Shown here piece by piece: positions 63,588-64,000 of a DNA stretch of 64,000 nucleotides. The translations under genes were made by a program, and so were the position numbers. Source of the DNA: an uncultured Actinomycetota bacterium (GTDB taxonomy: Bacteria; Actinomycetota; Actinomycetes; JAHEKZ01); contig CAVURN010000002.1 of the NCBI GenBank assembly GCA_963743915.1, positions 160,001 to 224,000 on the forward strand, read 5' to 3'. Below the pieces are notes generated by a model, which saw only the letters and a list, made by a program, of their open reading frames with translations, ran no database searches and was not told where the DNA came from. Positions within the stretch are counted from its first letter, which is position 1. Every line of letters begins with the position of its first letter.

Positions 63588-64000
63588 AGGCTTGCCGGGC
63601 GCACGAGGCGAGCTGGCCCATGACCTTGTCGCAGTCGACCGTGAACCATCGAGTCCGGGGGCGGCAGTCTTGCGCAGTGGTGCCTCGTCCCGGCCCGGTG
63701 CTTCAGACGGCGCAGTCCACGGACCGATGTCAGTCCAGACAGCACAGGGGGTCGGCAGGAATGGTGCGACAGTTGCGCACTTCAAAGCTCGCAGGAGGCG
63801 GCTCAGCGAGGCTGGTTGTCACTCGGCGGGGACGCATCGTGTGGGCCAATGGTTCGGCCCGGCGCTGTTTCGAGTCACGTGTTCTGCGTGGAGCGTTCGT
63901 TCTCGACTTCATGAGACTCGGTGAAGCGGTAGACGGTGTCGTCGACGGATGGGCGAAGGCTCAGGAACAGGCTTCATGGCGGCCGCTCCGCATAGAGGCC

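Noticed and set aside
63561-63650. Complete tRNA gene on the minus strand
   Set aside because: No 5' acceptor strand complementary to TCGTACC and no D or anticodon arms; reported only as a fragment.
63735-63765. ACAGCACAGGGGGTCGGCAGG, vaguely like a tRNA variable-loop region
   Set aside because: No TTCG T-loop or stem follows; insufficient evidence.

Overview
This is a high-GC actinobacterial (Actinomycetes) chromosomal segment, mostly core genome in the gene order conserved across actinomycetes: uvrC-rapZ-yvcK-whiA-gap-pgk-tpiA-secG-rbpA, tkt-tal, ctaB/ctaA, sufR-sufBD-Rieske-sufCSU-sufT, ABC-F, a Gbn-like HTH, SURF1/moaA, tldDE, fabG-fabI, serB, moeA, nfeD/SPFH and cspA. It ends in a more accessory region (about 51.5-64 kb). 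At least ten genes, including core ones such as fabG and rapZ, are broken by indels, which points to long-read or MAG assembly error rather than true pseudogenes. I found no rRNA, complete tRNA, CRISPR array, transposase or integrase. Most notable: (1) a four-gene operon ending in a cyanophycinase/peptidase-S51-like hydrolase with an intact Ser-His-Glu triad, fused to a CysRS-like helical/anticodon-binding C-terminus, function unknown; (2) a DUF4397-class F sortase-ECF sigma-anti-sigma cassette with a SigK-type promoter, inserted in the ctaA/suf locus; (3) many apparent leaderless promoters, including a 23-bp bidirectional one and two divergent genes whose start codons share a CATG; (4) a degenerate tRNA 3' end (possible att site) near the window end. 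All product calls come from motif recognition by eye; no database searches were run.
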